A DNA stretch of 64,000 nucleotides from Callorhinchus milii (taxonomy: Eukaryota), in assembly GCF_018977255.1 (NCBI RefSeq), contig NW_024704749.1, forward strand, positions 2,976,001 to 3,040,000, written 5' to 3'. Numbering within the stretch: position 1 is the stretch's first letter; each line of letters starts with the position of its first letter. The notes beneath the pieces were generated by a model, which saw nothing but the letters and a program-made list of their open reading frames with translations, was not told the DNA's origin and did not search any database. Shown here piece after piece: positions 1 to 12,641 of the stretch. The position numbers and the translations under genes were made by a program.

Positions 1-1132
1 GGAGCAGCTGATTGACAGCGCAGTAAAACCTTCGGATTATTAATGATATCTCTGTCAAAACTCATTCACACGATAGAAAATTCCTCCCACCAAAATGCAG
101 TCAATTCACTTAACGGTATACTCTGTGAAGCGCTTTGAGACGTCTCGAATACGTGAAAAGGGTTATACCAAATTCAAGGCTTCATTCCGATGAATTCTCT
201 CGAAACATCCAACTGTCGCCTCTATTTCCAACACTGCCCAATTCTGGGAAGAAATGTGTGAACGCTTGAGTACTTTTTGGAGATTGAATAATCGCTATAC
301 AATGGCTGGGCACAACTTATACTTTCTCTGATGTCCTTTCCTGAGTCGAGGTGGAACGGGATTCAAGATTGACGGTTGTGCGGATAAACAATGACGGATT
401 TCAACAAACTGGAAGATGGTCCAGAATACAAATAACAATTCACACTTGTACAGAGCCTTTCACCTTGACCACTTACAACCAGATGATCATCATAATAATA
501 ATCCTTGCATTGCTTATAGCACCTTACCACATCTTCGAGACGTCTCAAAGCATTTCACAGAAGATACTGTGAAGTGAATTGACTGTACATTTTGCGAAAG
601 AACACGAAAAGCATCAGAATCCGAAACTGGTTTGTGTACAATCTCCTGGTTCAAAACATAACGAAATGAAACGAGCTATTTATAAATAAAAGCAGAACAT
701 TGACAGTTATAAGGATAACGAATCGGTTCCAATAGGTAGCCTTCGGAATTACAGCTGATCGGGATTATTGTAAACCCATAATTGTTTTATTGCACGCCCT
801 ATAAAAACAATCAGTCTTTCGACAAAAAAGTTTTAGAGACACGAACGGCAGTTATTGAAAACCTGGAAATCCGGTGGGAAAAGGAAAGGGGTTCGCTTTG
901 CTCAAATGCTGTATGAAGGAAAAGTCAAAACATTAAGCATTTGAGCAGCAAAATAAAGGAAAGATTCAGCAGCTGGAAAGAATGAATGCCAATTTCACAA
1001 AGTTTCATAGGGCGCTTGAAGTATATTGCATTGCATTTATAATAAATATGACTGCGCGGTAGACAGGAAATAATCAAGTTACATTTCCATAATTTAGATA
1101 ACATTTTTCTTTCATTTCTGCTTTGACCAGAT

Positions 1133-1375
1133 TGAGCCGCCGCTCAACAGTCTGTGCCTTCACTCAGCGCCGGTTCACATCTGAACAATTACAGCAACTT
1201 GTGGGGAAACACTTGTGACATTACTGAGTCTCTGCTGCTGATTACAGTGGTGCTCCCCTCAGCGACATCAAACACCGAATCGGGAGAAAATAAAACATGT
1301 TAAACAATCAAATATCCGAATACAACTCTGCGGAAAGAACATAATAGATATATCGACTAATGGGAAGAATAACAC
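1133..1375. promoter_or_regulatory. Conserved J-C intron block (candidate intronic enhancer)
   Basis: Homologues at about 14438-14675, 40893-41130, 52262-52505 and 61188-61410. E-box at the same position (CACTTG 1210, CACCTG 14516, CATGTG 40972). Function inferred. Confidence 0.5.
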
Positions 1376-1889
1376 AAAGGTTCTTTGCACAAGTCTAATT
1401 TCTGTCAAAATTCGCATTAATTCACTGAGCCGATCATAACATTGGAATTGTTCTCAAATAATGGATTAGTTGCTTATGTGAAATACTGGTCAGAGACACC
1501 TTTCTCAGAGTAATTCCCGGTCATCTGGGTTATAGTTGAAGACTGTTACTGGTTCTCTTGGATGTTTAACGTCTTGAAATATTCAAGTATTTACGAACGA
1601 GAAACATTTCTACGATGTTTTTTCATCTGAGATTGAACTCCTCACCAATCGGTTCAGCTATCCTTTGGAAAGCTGTTGGTTACCTTTTTGTGTTGGAGAT
1701 TCAAACCCGTGGGTGGGTTGGCGGTGATTGGAAGTAATCATATCAATGATAACAATAAAATGAATAAATCTGGTAACTGGAATTTGGTTGTCTAATGCAA
1801 ATCAAAATAATTATTGGAAAGTCGAAACAACAACAATATTTAGCTTGAACCCACCACGTGCAAAGTGTAGAATGCCAAAGATCACTTAC

Positions 1890-2240
1890 TTTTCAAACTC
1901 AGTTCACTCCCTTTACCGAAAAAGAAGTGATACGGACTGCTCTTATGCCCGGCACCACAGGAGTAATCGGCGGCGTCCTCAGCTTGCACACCGCTGATGG
2001 TTAAATGCACGGCGTTGTTCCCTGAGTCCGCAGAACCAGAGAATCGATCAGGAATCCCCTGAGGTTTGCCGTTGTTACTTGACCAGAGAAGCACAGGGGC
2101 GCCGTCAAGCTTCTGCTGGTACCAGCTGGTGTAGTAGCTGCCGATGCTGCCTCCGGACATGGTACAGGTGATCTTGACGGTGTTTCCCGGGGAGGATGAG
2201 ATGGACGATGGCTGAGTCAGGGTAACAGCTGCGGTTGTGC
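1890..2240 (-). CDS. IGLV: Ig lambda-like (type II) germline-joined VJ exon, cluster A
   Basis: 351-nt open exon between tttctccAG acceptor and GTAAGT donor. Encodes [26 protein letters not shown]...WYQQK...[27 protein letters not shown] and J contiguous with no RSS. Its C exon should lie about 320 bp before position 1, by analogy with the copy at 51070. Confidence 0.95.
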
Positions 2241-2326
2241 CTGGAGAAACAACAAGTCAATATGTACATTGTAAAACCGTACAAATTGAATGTAACTCAG
2301 ATCAGTGCGGATTCCATAGCGCTTAC

Positions 2327-2375
2327 CATGTAAACACAGGAGCAAAGCGGACAGGACTCGGAGCCAATCGCCCAT
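2327..2375 (-). CDS. IGLV: Leader (signal peptide) exon, cluster A
   Basis: ATG at 2375, MGDWLRVLSALLLCLH+G, phase-1 donor GTAAGC, 86-nt intron to the VJ exon. Confidence 0.93.
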
Positions 2376-2449
2376 CGTGAATAGTTTGATGAAGATCAGA
2401 GAGATGAGGGATTTTCCAGACCAAAGCCACTTTACTGCTTGTTCTCAAC

Positions 2450-2510
2450 TTCTCCTTAAGAACCATCAGGTGATGTAAGTCCAATTGAATTAATGAACTA
2501 TGCAAATCAC
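2450..2510 (-). promoter_or_regulatory. Ig light-chain promoter with octamer (2500-2507), E-box CAGGTG (2467-2472) and CCAAT (2481-2485)
   Basis: ATTTGCAT on the coding strand about 125 bp upstream of the ATG. The block cttctccttaagaaccatcaggtgatgtaagtccaatt is identical in four clusters. Confidence 0.85.
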
Positions 2511-4164
2511 CATCCGGGTTGCACCGCCCAATCGGAGTTTTGTTCTGAACAGGAGATTCAAGATCATGCAGATTGGAGACATTTTACCGCCGATACTTCA
2601 AAAGATATTTTATGATAATATTACATAACATTTCTCTGTGAAGGGTTTGAATTATTTAAGAATTTTTCTTTCCAGTACGAAACAGATTACTTGATTTAAA
2701 ATGAAGGTAGAATAAAATAATTCTCAATAATTTACAGAATGTTGGAAAAGTCTTATTCCATTAAATACAAATATATTTCTCAGTTTTGTAGCATACGAAA
2801 CCTGTAAGATTTTCCGCTGCTCCACGTGGAACTACATTTTTGTGGAGCTCGTTCCTATGTTGGATAATTTTGTTGGTAAGAAATTTTCATCGGTGTATGC
2901 AGTTACAATTTGCACGCTGTGAGATGCAGACCTGAACAGGAGGCTATATTTCATGTCAATGGTAAAGCTTTTATATCATTGAACTATACAGCGGGTATAT
3001 TATCACATTATAAATAGCATTTACATTGTATTCCATATAAATTGTCCAAGTCAGCACTGCGCAGGCAACAGCCCCATCCTGCCCGCACACTCAGATTCAC
3101 TTTGCTCCACTGGGCCTCGCTCCACACATAATCATCTGTTTAATAGCAGCATTAGAGTTGCATTCCCTTGTTGCGATGCTTAAAAAAGAAAGTTTCTCTC
3201 TAAACGTTATAAACGGGGAAGGGAGACTGGGCTCTTTTGAACCGCTTGACGGGAGGACATCTCCGCAGATAACCATAAGTGTTTGTGATCTTATTGATGC
3301 AGTTTTGCGCTGTTTCCAACTTCGAAGTGTGGAGAGGCGAAGATGGACAAGCAATGGGTTTACCATTAAAATACCCTCAATTACAAATTATATGGGTTTA
3401 ACTGTTTGAAACCCAGCAGCGTCTCAAATGATAATTTGGTGTCCGCAAAGTTGGTTATATTCAATCTAACTCTAATAATTTGCAGAATACCGTAAGCGTT
3501 GTTAAGGGAGAGAGGGATCATTCAATTCCCTTTCCAGTAAAATTGGCACAATAACAATAATCCTTGCGTTTGATTTAACGCCTTATCACATGTTAGAGAT
3601 GTATCAAAGGCATTTTTCATAGAATATCATGGATTTATTAAATCTCATCATTTTTGAAGAGGCTCAGAAGTGACTGTGATTTGCTATTCCTGCCCTCAAC
3701 CACCTGCCAACAACTAAAAGCAATGAACACTCAAATTGGGGTTTGGCTTGGCACTCTCGGAAACAAAGAATATGGTAGACTTTGAAAAGGAGTGGGTGGA
3801 AGTGTTGCTTCCTTAAGCATATTTTGCTAACAATTAAACAATGAACAATTTGCGAATCAGATGAAATATTGGGTAGAGGTTCTAACACTCTATTCTATTA
3901 TTTTTGTTCAATTGTGAACTAAATTATTAATTTCCAATTCAATTTTAGATAATACCGGACACTAATGTTCTCTTCTTGTCTGGCTGCTGTGTTTCGCCAG
4001 CAACATATACAGTCATTTCACTTCACAGTGTATCATGTGAAGCAGCTTCAGATATCTTGTCCATGTGATAAGGCGATATATCAAATGCAAGGATTATTAT
4101 TCATATTGGGCGCTAACGTTCTCTTCTTGACTTGGAAAGAGGCAGATCAATATGTTTGTAATGA

Positions 4165-4345
4165 ACAAAACACAAAATACAGCAGATGCTGGAAATCTGA
4201 AACAAAAACAGAGTCGCTGGGAACACTCCGCAGATCAGGCAGCATCTATGGAGAAAGGAAAGTGAGTCGAAAGTGACTTATTTTCCTTTATTACACAGAT
4301 GCTGCCTGAGCTGCTGAGTGTTCCCAACGCTTCTAATTTTTGTTC
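4165..4345. repeat. Palindromic interspersed repeat (probably Penelope-like-derived); copy at about 55188-55370
   Basis: Inverted arms 4216-4247 and 4297-4328; related fragments at about 27475-27570 and 60720-60775. Family assignment is from recall. Confidence 0.6.
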
Positions 4346-5394
4346 GTAATGAAGTTTGCCTCCACCATGTTTAAACAAACCAAAGTAAATTGCAATGCCT
4401 CTGACTGCATGATATGCTGTGAAGCACTTTGTGACATGTCAATGTATGGTAGGATGCTATATGAAAGAATTATCTCTTGTAATACTGGATCTTGTGTAAT
4501 AAAACATCAACAACTGTAAATCTGTATTTCCTTCCAGGAAACAGATGTGATGGCATCAACACAAAAACTGAATATCGCTGTTCTTGACATCTTCATGACA
4601 ACTATTATGTGTTGTTATATGGTACAGGAAATGTCTATGCAGATTTACGTAACTCACCATTAATGCATGCATTGAACTCTGCGCATGTGCCGATCTATTG
4701 GCACATTTGTGATACATCAACTCAAAGGACTTCCACTTAAGCAGAAAGATAGAACAACTTCATTTTACATATACTTACAGTATTTCTACAATACATGTAC
4801 CATACTATTATAAAATAAATATATAACAATACATTGGATGCAGCAATTTTCATATCAAGGGGACGTTTTTTGATGTTTCACTGGATTTAATGTACATTTT
4901 TACTTGGCAAACGTGGCAACCAACTTAAGCACAGCAACGTCTCACAAACAGCCATGAAGTAAAGGAAATTTTCCTCGGGGAAAATCTGTCCAGGAACTCA
5001 GGACACATTGTATTCTCACTTTGCAGAGTGACAAAGAATGTTAAACATCCACGATGAATGGAAAAAAGGTATGGTACCTCCAACCATGCAGGCATCCACA
5101 TTATTGTATTGGAGTGTCACTTCAGACCACTTCAATTCAAAGGCCTAATGTGGAAATCGCAATCTATTGCATTAGAGATCAGAAGGATACCAACTGTGGT
5201 CATGCTGAGACATTTAAGAATCTACCTGAAAAAGAGTTGGATACCTACCCAGTCCATTCTCCAATTTTGATTTGATCATTTCGGGATCAGTTCCAATTTC
5301 CACACATTGACAAGACATAGGCTCATGCCAGCACCTCAGCACCAGCACGTCGGCATCTCAGGCAGTGGGAGCATCAGCATCCCAGGATGCACAC

Positions 5395-5920
5395 ATACTT
5401 CAGCAAGCCAGTAAGCAATCTAGACATCTTGGTCACCCCTCAACTGTCCTTTCTATCCCAAAGGCATGTCCTGACCCGTTCTGCCTTGCCCCACCTTCTC
5501 AATATTACTGGACTCAGCTATTGTCGCAGCCCTCAGGCTGATGAAACCCTAATAAATGCTCTCATTACAACCAGACTCAACTATGCCAACGCCCTGCTTG
5601 TCGGCCTTTCCATCTCTTCCCTCCGCAATCTGCAGATCATGCAGATCTCTGCAGCTCGAGTTCTCTCCACGGCCCATCACAGCCTCGATTAACTGGCTCC
5701 ACTGGCTTCCCATACCTAGAGTATCAAGTTCAAAATTCTCGTCTTCACCTTCAAGGCCCTCCATGGCCTTGCCTCCTCCTACTTCACTTACCAGCTAACA
5801 AACTTATCAAACGGTCCGCTCGCTCGACTCAGTTGGCTCCGACAGCATGTCTGCCCACACACTTTGGAAAGCCATCCCACATTCCTTTCACCTCGATTCC
5901 TCCGATAGCAACACAAGGAA
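5395..5920 (+). mobile_element. Old L2 3' fragment (copy at about 56420-56950)
   Basis: Degenerate LITTRLNYANALL / LHWLP / FKILVFTFKALHGLA motifs. Confidence 0.75.
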
Positions 5921-6799
5921 AGCCTCAAGCCTCTCTGTGTCTATTCTACCTCTGTTGAATGAATCCATAGGCTCCAGCTGTTTCTCTATATTCGTCAATG
6001 TTTCATTTCCCTCTTCAGTGATTCAACCGCAGTTGTCCACTTGTAGTCCTGAATTGAACATTTTAATAACATTCATGTAATCAAAAGTACAATAACCTTA
6101 TTTGCTGTAACCATGCTCACCTCTCCATTTATTTTGGTTACTTGGGTGCCTCAAACATGCAGAAAACTGTCCGAATGCTGAAGTACATCCAAACTAAACT
6201 GAGAGAACTACATATGGAATACCAGCTACGTAAGCAAATTTCCTATATCTGGAAAGGAGTGCAATCTCTCCGGAGTCATGTATCCTGGTTATGTAATTCC
6301 AGAAATTATAAGATGAAGCTGACAAGAGCCAAATCGTGTTGACCAACTCTCAACTCTCTCTCTCCTTTGAAAGCATTCAAACCCACTTAAAAACAGTTAT
6401 CATCAGAAGAAAACTTCATTTCACACATCTCTGTTCTCGAACTGCTAACCCATCCCAAGTATCCTTTTATTTCCAAGATTCTACATTGAGACAGATTCAG
6501 CCTTACGTCTCCCACCACACCTTGTACGAAGGGCCATCACACGACTTTCCTCTTTGACCATATCTTCCGTCTTCCATTATTTTTTTCATTTGGTATCACA
6601 AGCGCGGTTTTAATCTTCATTGGGTAATCAGCAAGTTCCAGGAACTCCATGTGAGGCTTTTTATGACAATGTGAAGTGCTACTACTCTCCTGCCTACAAC
6701 TTGAGCACACAGCCATGTCTATTTTGACACTTCGCAATGGAGACCAAAAACAACAACTTGCAATTATGTACCGCCCTCCAATCGATGCCGTGTCTTGGA

Positions 6800-7140
6800 T
6801 TGCTTAATAGTGTGGGAGACTGATGCTGAGTAATGTGTGGTAGAGTAAGGAGATAACAGAACGTGAACTGCTTTATGGATGAGAAAGTGCAGGTTGAAAT
6901 TATTCAGTTCTGTGATGGCACTCAGTGGAACCTGGCGAGGGGTGGCATTGCTGCACTGAGGTGAGAGTGGGTGAGAATACAGAAGATGATGTTCTGGATC
7001 AGATGTAATTTGTGGATAGTTGAGTTGGGGAGACCGGTGAGGAGGGCATTGGAGTAGCCGCGGTGGAAGATGATGAAGGTGTGCACCAGGGATTTGGCTG
7101 CCTTGCAGGTCAGGTACATTGGGAGCCGGTCAATGTGATG
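6800..7140 (-). mobile_element. Old L2 fragment
   Basis: LVHTFIIFHRGYSNALLTGLP...KLHLIQN homology. Confidence 0.7.
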
Positions 7141-8239
7141 CAGCACACCAACCAGTAAAACTGACGTTGTAATATGCTAATTCCCAATGGAGGTAACAAA
7201 CCAGATAATCCACAATGAATATATGATAAAATGTAATAACGATTTGCATACCTGTCATTTCGAAACTCTGGAAAACAAAACTACAAAGTGTAGTCGTAAC
7301 ACTAGTGAAAAACAAAGACAACAACTTGTGCCTATATTGTGCCATTTCCAAGGTTAATCTCTCTGAATGCTTTACAGGGATGGGCTTGATCAAACAACAA
7401 AGGAAAGATGAAACAAATAGCAGAGATATCTTCAGGCATTTATATCAAGAACAAAGCACTACACTTTCAGCATGCAAGTGGTGGAATACATTATGCATTT
7501 GTATTTGTTTCATCATTTTTTGGAAAAAAACAAAATGAATAATACTAATCCTTGAATTTGATATCGTGGCTTATCATTACTTTGAGACATGGCAACGTGC
7601 ATGAAAAAATATACCACAAAGTGAATTGACTGTATGTTTTGGGGGCGAAACGTGACAGCCAGCTGCTCACAACATTGTCCTACAAACAGTCGTAGACTCA
7701 GTGACCATTATATTATTATTGTTATTAATATTTGTTGAACAGAATTATTACCCAAGGGAAAGTGATCCACCAATCGACTAACAACCAAGTTCCTACATCA
7801 TACATGGTGAACAGAAACGTGTGGATAACAGAAAGTTACCCAACGTTTCACCCCGATGGGAATCGAAGAATGAATCCAATAAACATTATAGCAAAAATTG
7901 AGAGGAATCTAAAGTGCAGCCATCAATGGAAGTACTTCCAGAAAATCGAACAAGAAATTCTTCAAGCCTCAAAAGAAAACCTGAATACACTGCTCTAATT
8001 TTACTAATATTTGTACGAACCGAAACAAACCATATATACTGTCCCACATCACAGGTATGCCTTCAGCTGAAGTCTTTTCAATAGAGCCGATTTCAAAGAA
8101 AAAACTGGGTAATGTCTAAAAATGTGTATTGATATTTTATGATCGATAAAGCGAGATTGTAAATGTCATAAGATAAAAAAAACAGTTTACGCTGCATCAA
8201 CAGGTGAACTATGATGATTCAGTAGCCACTAAAATAATT

Positions 8240-8560
8240 TATAAAAGGCAGTGACCAGGATCTTGAAATGTGTCCTCTGTGCGATGGGACGCCAATGGAG
8301 TCAGGCGAGGATGGGAGGTCATAGGATCAGAGAGTCTGGTGCGGGATAGGACACAGGCTGCAGCATGTTCTTCAACCTACAGAGGGAGGAGTTGTGGAGG
8401 CCAAGAAGCAGGGATTTTGCACAGTGAAAGGATGCTATGAACACATGTATGAGAGTTTCAGCTACCTACGGTTTGATGGAACCGGGCAATGTTGCGGAGG
8501 TGGGGGAAGGCAGAGCGGGTCATAGCTTGGATATGGGTTGAATAATATATTGGATATAGG
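8240..8560 (-). mobile_element. Old L2 fragment
   Basis: Degenerate L2 ORF2 C-terminal homology. Confidence 0.6.
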
Positions 8561-9885
8561 AGGTCGTTTCCTGATGATGCACTGCATTTAATGTATACAG
8601 TTTATTCCAAACAAATAGGCAGCCAATTTGGGCACAGCAGAGTCTCACAGCCATGAAGTGAATGATAATTATATTCAGCGAATTTCCAGCCAGGAGAACA
8701 GGAAAAGATCTCTCCTATTTTTGCAGTGATATGGGATCTTTACCATCCACAATGAATACGCAATCGGCATGCCACTGACAACAACGCAACATATCCCTAT
8801 CATTGCATTGCAGCATCACCTTAGACAATAGGAATTGAAAGGCCTAATGTTGGACTTCAACCCACAATCTGCTACATAACAGACTAGAATGCTGCCAACT
8901 GTGCAATGCTGACTTGTCACATTGACAAGTACGAAGAAGTGCGAGAATGCTTCATGTCAAAGATCGAAAATATCGTTTCAGTGCATCGCCCTCCCTTCCA
9001 TCTCATTCTGTATCCCCCATACCATCCATTCCACCTTTCCTGCCATCAAGGCCTCTTCTGGTCTTTCTTACATTCAATGTTCAGATCTTTATTAAACTTA
9101 GTGTGCTATTCTGCTGAATTATTTGCATATCAAAGTTTAATTGACATGGAAATAATTCAGCAGAATGGCCCAGCTGCAAAAATATTTTCTTATCAATTCC
9201 AAGTGATTATTTCCAAGAAAATGTACTGATTAAGATTAAAATTCTTGTTGATAATGTTTCATTGGTATCTGTTGGTAAATGTAATTGTTAAAATGTGTGA
9301 GTGTGGCCTTTGTAATGGGTTAGAGTAACACTAAAATATCTGTTTTTGGCAATCAGCCAAGGCGTGGGATTGGCCAAAATGGTATTTCATTGAGAGGCAT
9401 TCATTTGGGACTTCTCTCGAAATTTAATTAATAGCATTTTTCTAGTGGGTGTGTGTTTTCACAAATTAGACTAATAGTATGTAATTGGCATATTTTGATT
9501 TTTCCTTTGTCAAAGTTAAAGGAAGAGCTCTAAAATATGGATTGGTATCGACCAAATATACCTACAGATGTATTAGATGGGATTAATCAAGTGGAACATG
9601 GAGAAGAAGCCCAGGCTTCCGAGTTCGACTTTAATAATCTAATCTTTAACATCATATTGAATAAAGAACTTGATAATTACATGTATAATGTTTAACAATG
9701 TTGTAGTTTGTATTAAAAGGGGAAGAGATAAATGCGACACAAATACAACTTTGATGCGTTGATACAGCGACACCTACTGATGTTAATCAATCAGACAAGA
9801 CGTTGTCAGGCGGAGGTTGGAAGCAAACGTTTCTAAACAGTAGATTTACGGGACAAAATCCACCAGTTTCTCAATAATATTTAAA

Positions 9886-10616
9886 ATTGCGCAGATTTGC
9901 TGAAATGCTTCCATTTCAAACTGAATTCGGAAGCTTTTTTTTATGAACTACAAAATAGCGATTTACAAATTAATACCCAATTCAAGATCCCCCCCTCCTC
10001 CCTCCGAGTCCAGACAATATTGCAGTTTAAGATCAAACCATCTTACAGGCTGAGACGAGGTGGGATTTTGAACCTTCGAAGCCCCGGAGAGCACAACACA
10101 GAATGTCTCCGACTGTTGGGGAATGTTCTGCTCCTGTGCCATTGTTGCTATGATTGACAACTACTGTAATATTTCCTCCAGTAAGACAACAGTTTCCAGG
10201 AAGTTTCCAGGAAACCGTACAAACTGTGTATGGATTGTTATCTCTTTGCGAAATTTATAGCAAAATGAACATAATCGACAACATATGACAAAACAAAATT
10301 ATTATTATTAAAGGTAGATTGACAATAGTACATTCGATTATCGGTGCACATTCCTGGTTTAGGTACAACTGGATCTGGCGATGCTTTTTTCGAGCGGAGT
10401 GGCCAGAGTCTGGTGTTTGACCACACAGGAATACAGGTCGTGTGACTCCCACTCGGAGGTTGGCAGAGTCAGATAACTGCTCACACTGTACGTGTTGTCC
10501 GCCTGCTGTTTGATCGCACTCGTTTCAACACCTTGACTTCTGGCACTGCCATCCACAGTCCACTCGACCTCCACAGCTCCCGGGATAAAATCATTCACCA
10601 GACACACCAGGGTCGC
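9886..10616 (+). repeat. Duplicate of the A-type C exon and 3' flank
   Basis: Matches about 49950-50686. Confidence 0.9.
10359..10616 (-). CDS. IGLC: Ig lambda-like C exon, 5' end lost in an assembly gap
   Basis: ATLVCLVNDFIPGAVEVEW...YSCVVKHQTLATPLEKSIARSSCT* open up to the N run; 3' flank matches that of the C exon at 50426. Confidence 0.93.
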   Translation of the reverse strand, partial: ATLVCLVNDFIPGAVEVEWTVDGSARSQGVETSAIKQQADNTYSVSSYLTLPTSEWESHDLYSCVVKHQTLATPLEKSIARSSCT

Positions 10617-10646
10617 NNNNNNNNNNNNNNNNNNNNNNNNNNNNNN
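10617..10646. other. Assembly gap (30 N)
   Basis: Run of N interrupting a C exon. Confidence 1.
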
Positions 10647-11817
10647 ACAACAGCCCGTCTTTAGTTGTTAGCTGGATTATATAGGCACGAGGTCAGCGTC
10701 AACGTCCTGGATCCTCTCGCAATCAATGTCATTGCAAAAATTTAAACCGAGTCCAAGAATAGTGCAGCATTTGTGCTGTCGATGCAAGTACTTCCAGATA
10801 TTGCATAACGATGCTTAAAGCCGCAAAATGATACCTGAACATGTGGCTATTCTTTTAGAAATATTCATACAAGACGGTATCAAATCCCGAATAATTTTAT
10901 TAATTAGTAGGATTTATGTTTGATTTATACTGCTACATACTTTCCGCATTCAATTCGCAGATCGATATATTGCCCGATCTTCCCGAGTTCCTTGTTTGAT
11001 ATTCCTGGGGTCTTTACAATGATGCCGATTTAAAAGGAAAAAAATTATGAATACTTATATAAAAACGTGTATAGTTACATTGTGCTTGTTAAATCAATCA
11101 CTTTATGCCATATCGAAATGTATTCTCAGTAGGTTACATGCGTTGTGGCCATTAAAATAAAATATAAAATAATCCTGAAAGATGTTGTAAACTATTATAC
11201 TACAACATTACCTGCTGCTACTGGGACATTGCAGATACGCTGTGGTCTAGATATCCTCTGATCAGAGTTTAATTAAACAATGCAATGTTTTATATTTGTT
11301 TAACTATTGATCTACAAGGATACAAAATATAATGCCCACCGATTTAAAGATTGCGAGAAAGGAAAAGTATTCACATGAAATTATACAAACTGGAAATGTT
11401 GAAATAAACTGCAGTGACATCTGCAGATGTTAAAACGTCAATGAAATGCTACAAAGAGGAAATTGGTTGCTCAACAGCAGTTCGGGCACACTTGTGCCGC
11501 AAGGGGGCAGGGGGGGAGATGGGAAGGAGCAATAATCTTCCATGAGCTCTGGGGGGACGGTACATTTTCTCTTTAATTTGCATTGGATTGGCTGACGGGC
11601 ACAAAGCTTTTAAATATGTTGGCACTCCTTTAGCAATATAAAACTGAGGCTAAACATTGTATTAAGTAAATGGTTATGTATACACTTTGATTTAGTTCTG
11701 CAGACATTAAGGGCTGGAGAGGGAGGGGGCAAAATTGGTTCAGTGAAATAGCTTCTAAACCCTGGATGGGTATACGCCATTGTTGGGGCAAAACAATTCA
11801 CATGCGCTTAGCCTGTA

Positions 11818-12129
11818 ATAATAATAATCCTTGCATTTCATATAGCGCTTTTCACGTCTTCTAGACGTCTCAAAACGCTTCACATAATATGCTGTCAAAT
11901 TAATTGACCGTATATTTGTAGGCGAAACGCGGCAGCCAACAGTGCACAGCAGTGTCCCTCAAACAGTCGTGAATTGAAAATGACCAATTTATTGTTGTTT
12001 TTTTTGTTTTTGGAGAATTATTTTTAGGCGTGTGGTGTAAGGAAACTTGCCGAAGATTTCGCCCAACCTGGAATTCAACCCAGGTGTCTCACTTGCAAGG
12101 CGAGTGCTCTTAACCACTGAGCTACAGAG
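11818..12129 (-). mobile_element. Deu-domain SINE
   Basis: Tail, Deu body and tRNA head all recognisable. Confidence 0.85.
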
Positions 12130-12635
12130 CTTAACCACTCATGAATTAATATTTATAGTTGTGCAATATTTTAAATTCACTTCAATTTTAATAAATTCTC
12201 AATTTAATTTGAATGTCGGTTGTTTTCAGAACGACATGAAACTGCTTCCAGATACCGACCGAAATTAATATTTCCCCCAAATTCTGCGCAATACATTTTA
12301 AGTTTTAGGACGCAATAGTGTGGGGGCTACAATTAACTAAACTCAATTACAGCCGCTGACGCCTCAGTGCCAGATTCTGCAGAAGAAGTCTGAGGCAGGA
12401 CAGCAAGATGTTGAATGTGCTGTTCGTGCTCCCTTGTGTGTGTATAATTTCCTGGTGGAATATTTCTTCCGGTGTGACGGCATTCTGTGGTTTTACCAGT
12501 TTATTACATATTCAATGTTTATCTAAATATTCATAGAATAAGAAAAAAAACTATTGCTTTGGGAGAAAAATGATGAAATCAAGAAAAGAAATGGAAGAAA
12601 AAGAGCCAATGCACAGAGGACAATGGAAGAGATAT

Positions 12636-12641
12636 TTTATT
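12636..12641 (-). terminator. Polyadenylation signal AATAAA of the cluster B C exon
   Basis: About 300 nt after the stop and followed by a T-rich tract. Same position conserved at 26452-26457 and 38797-38802. Confidence 0.75.

Larger units (their letters stand above)
1..6115 (+). repeat. Segmental duplication, copy 1 (A-type cluster)
   Basis: Highly similar to 51070-57175 apart from a few indels; homology ends at gtaaccatg. Confidence 0.95.

Noticed and set aside
4515-4600. Shared acceptor-like tatttccttccag (also near 31965, 43795, 55545) as an exon of an antisense gene
   Set aside because: Downstream frames are not conserved between lineages; it is best explained as spacer homology.
6400-6780. 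Segment related to 18500-18720 and 35860-36070 as a hidden gene
   Set aside because: Frames contain stops; faint YRPP-type similarity suggests an ancient LINE endonuclease fragment predating the duplications.
7732-7998. 88-aa ORF in unique spacer
   Set aside because: Starts at TTG, no recognisable domain, no copy in paralogous spacers.
10194-10213. Tandem STAT-like sites TTCCAGGAA x2 downstream of the C exon
   Set aside because: Both sites are mutated in the close paralogue near 50260-50280, so they are not conserved.
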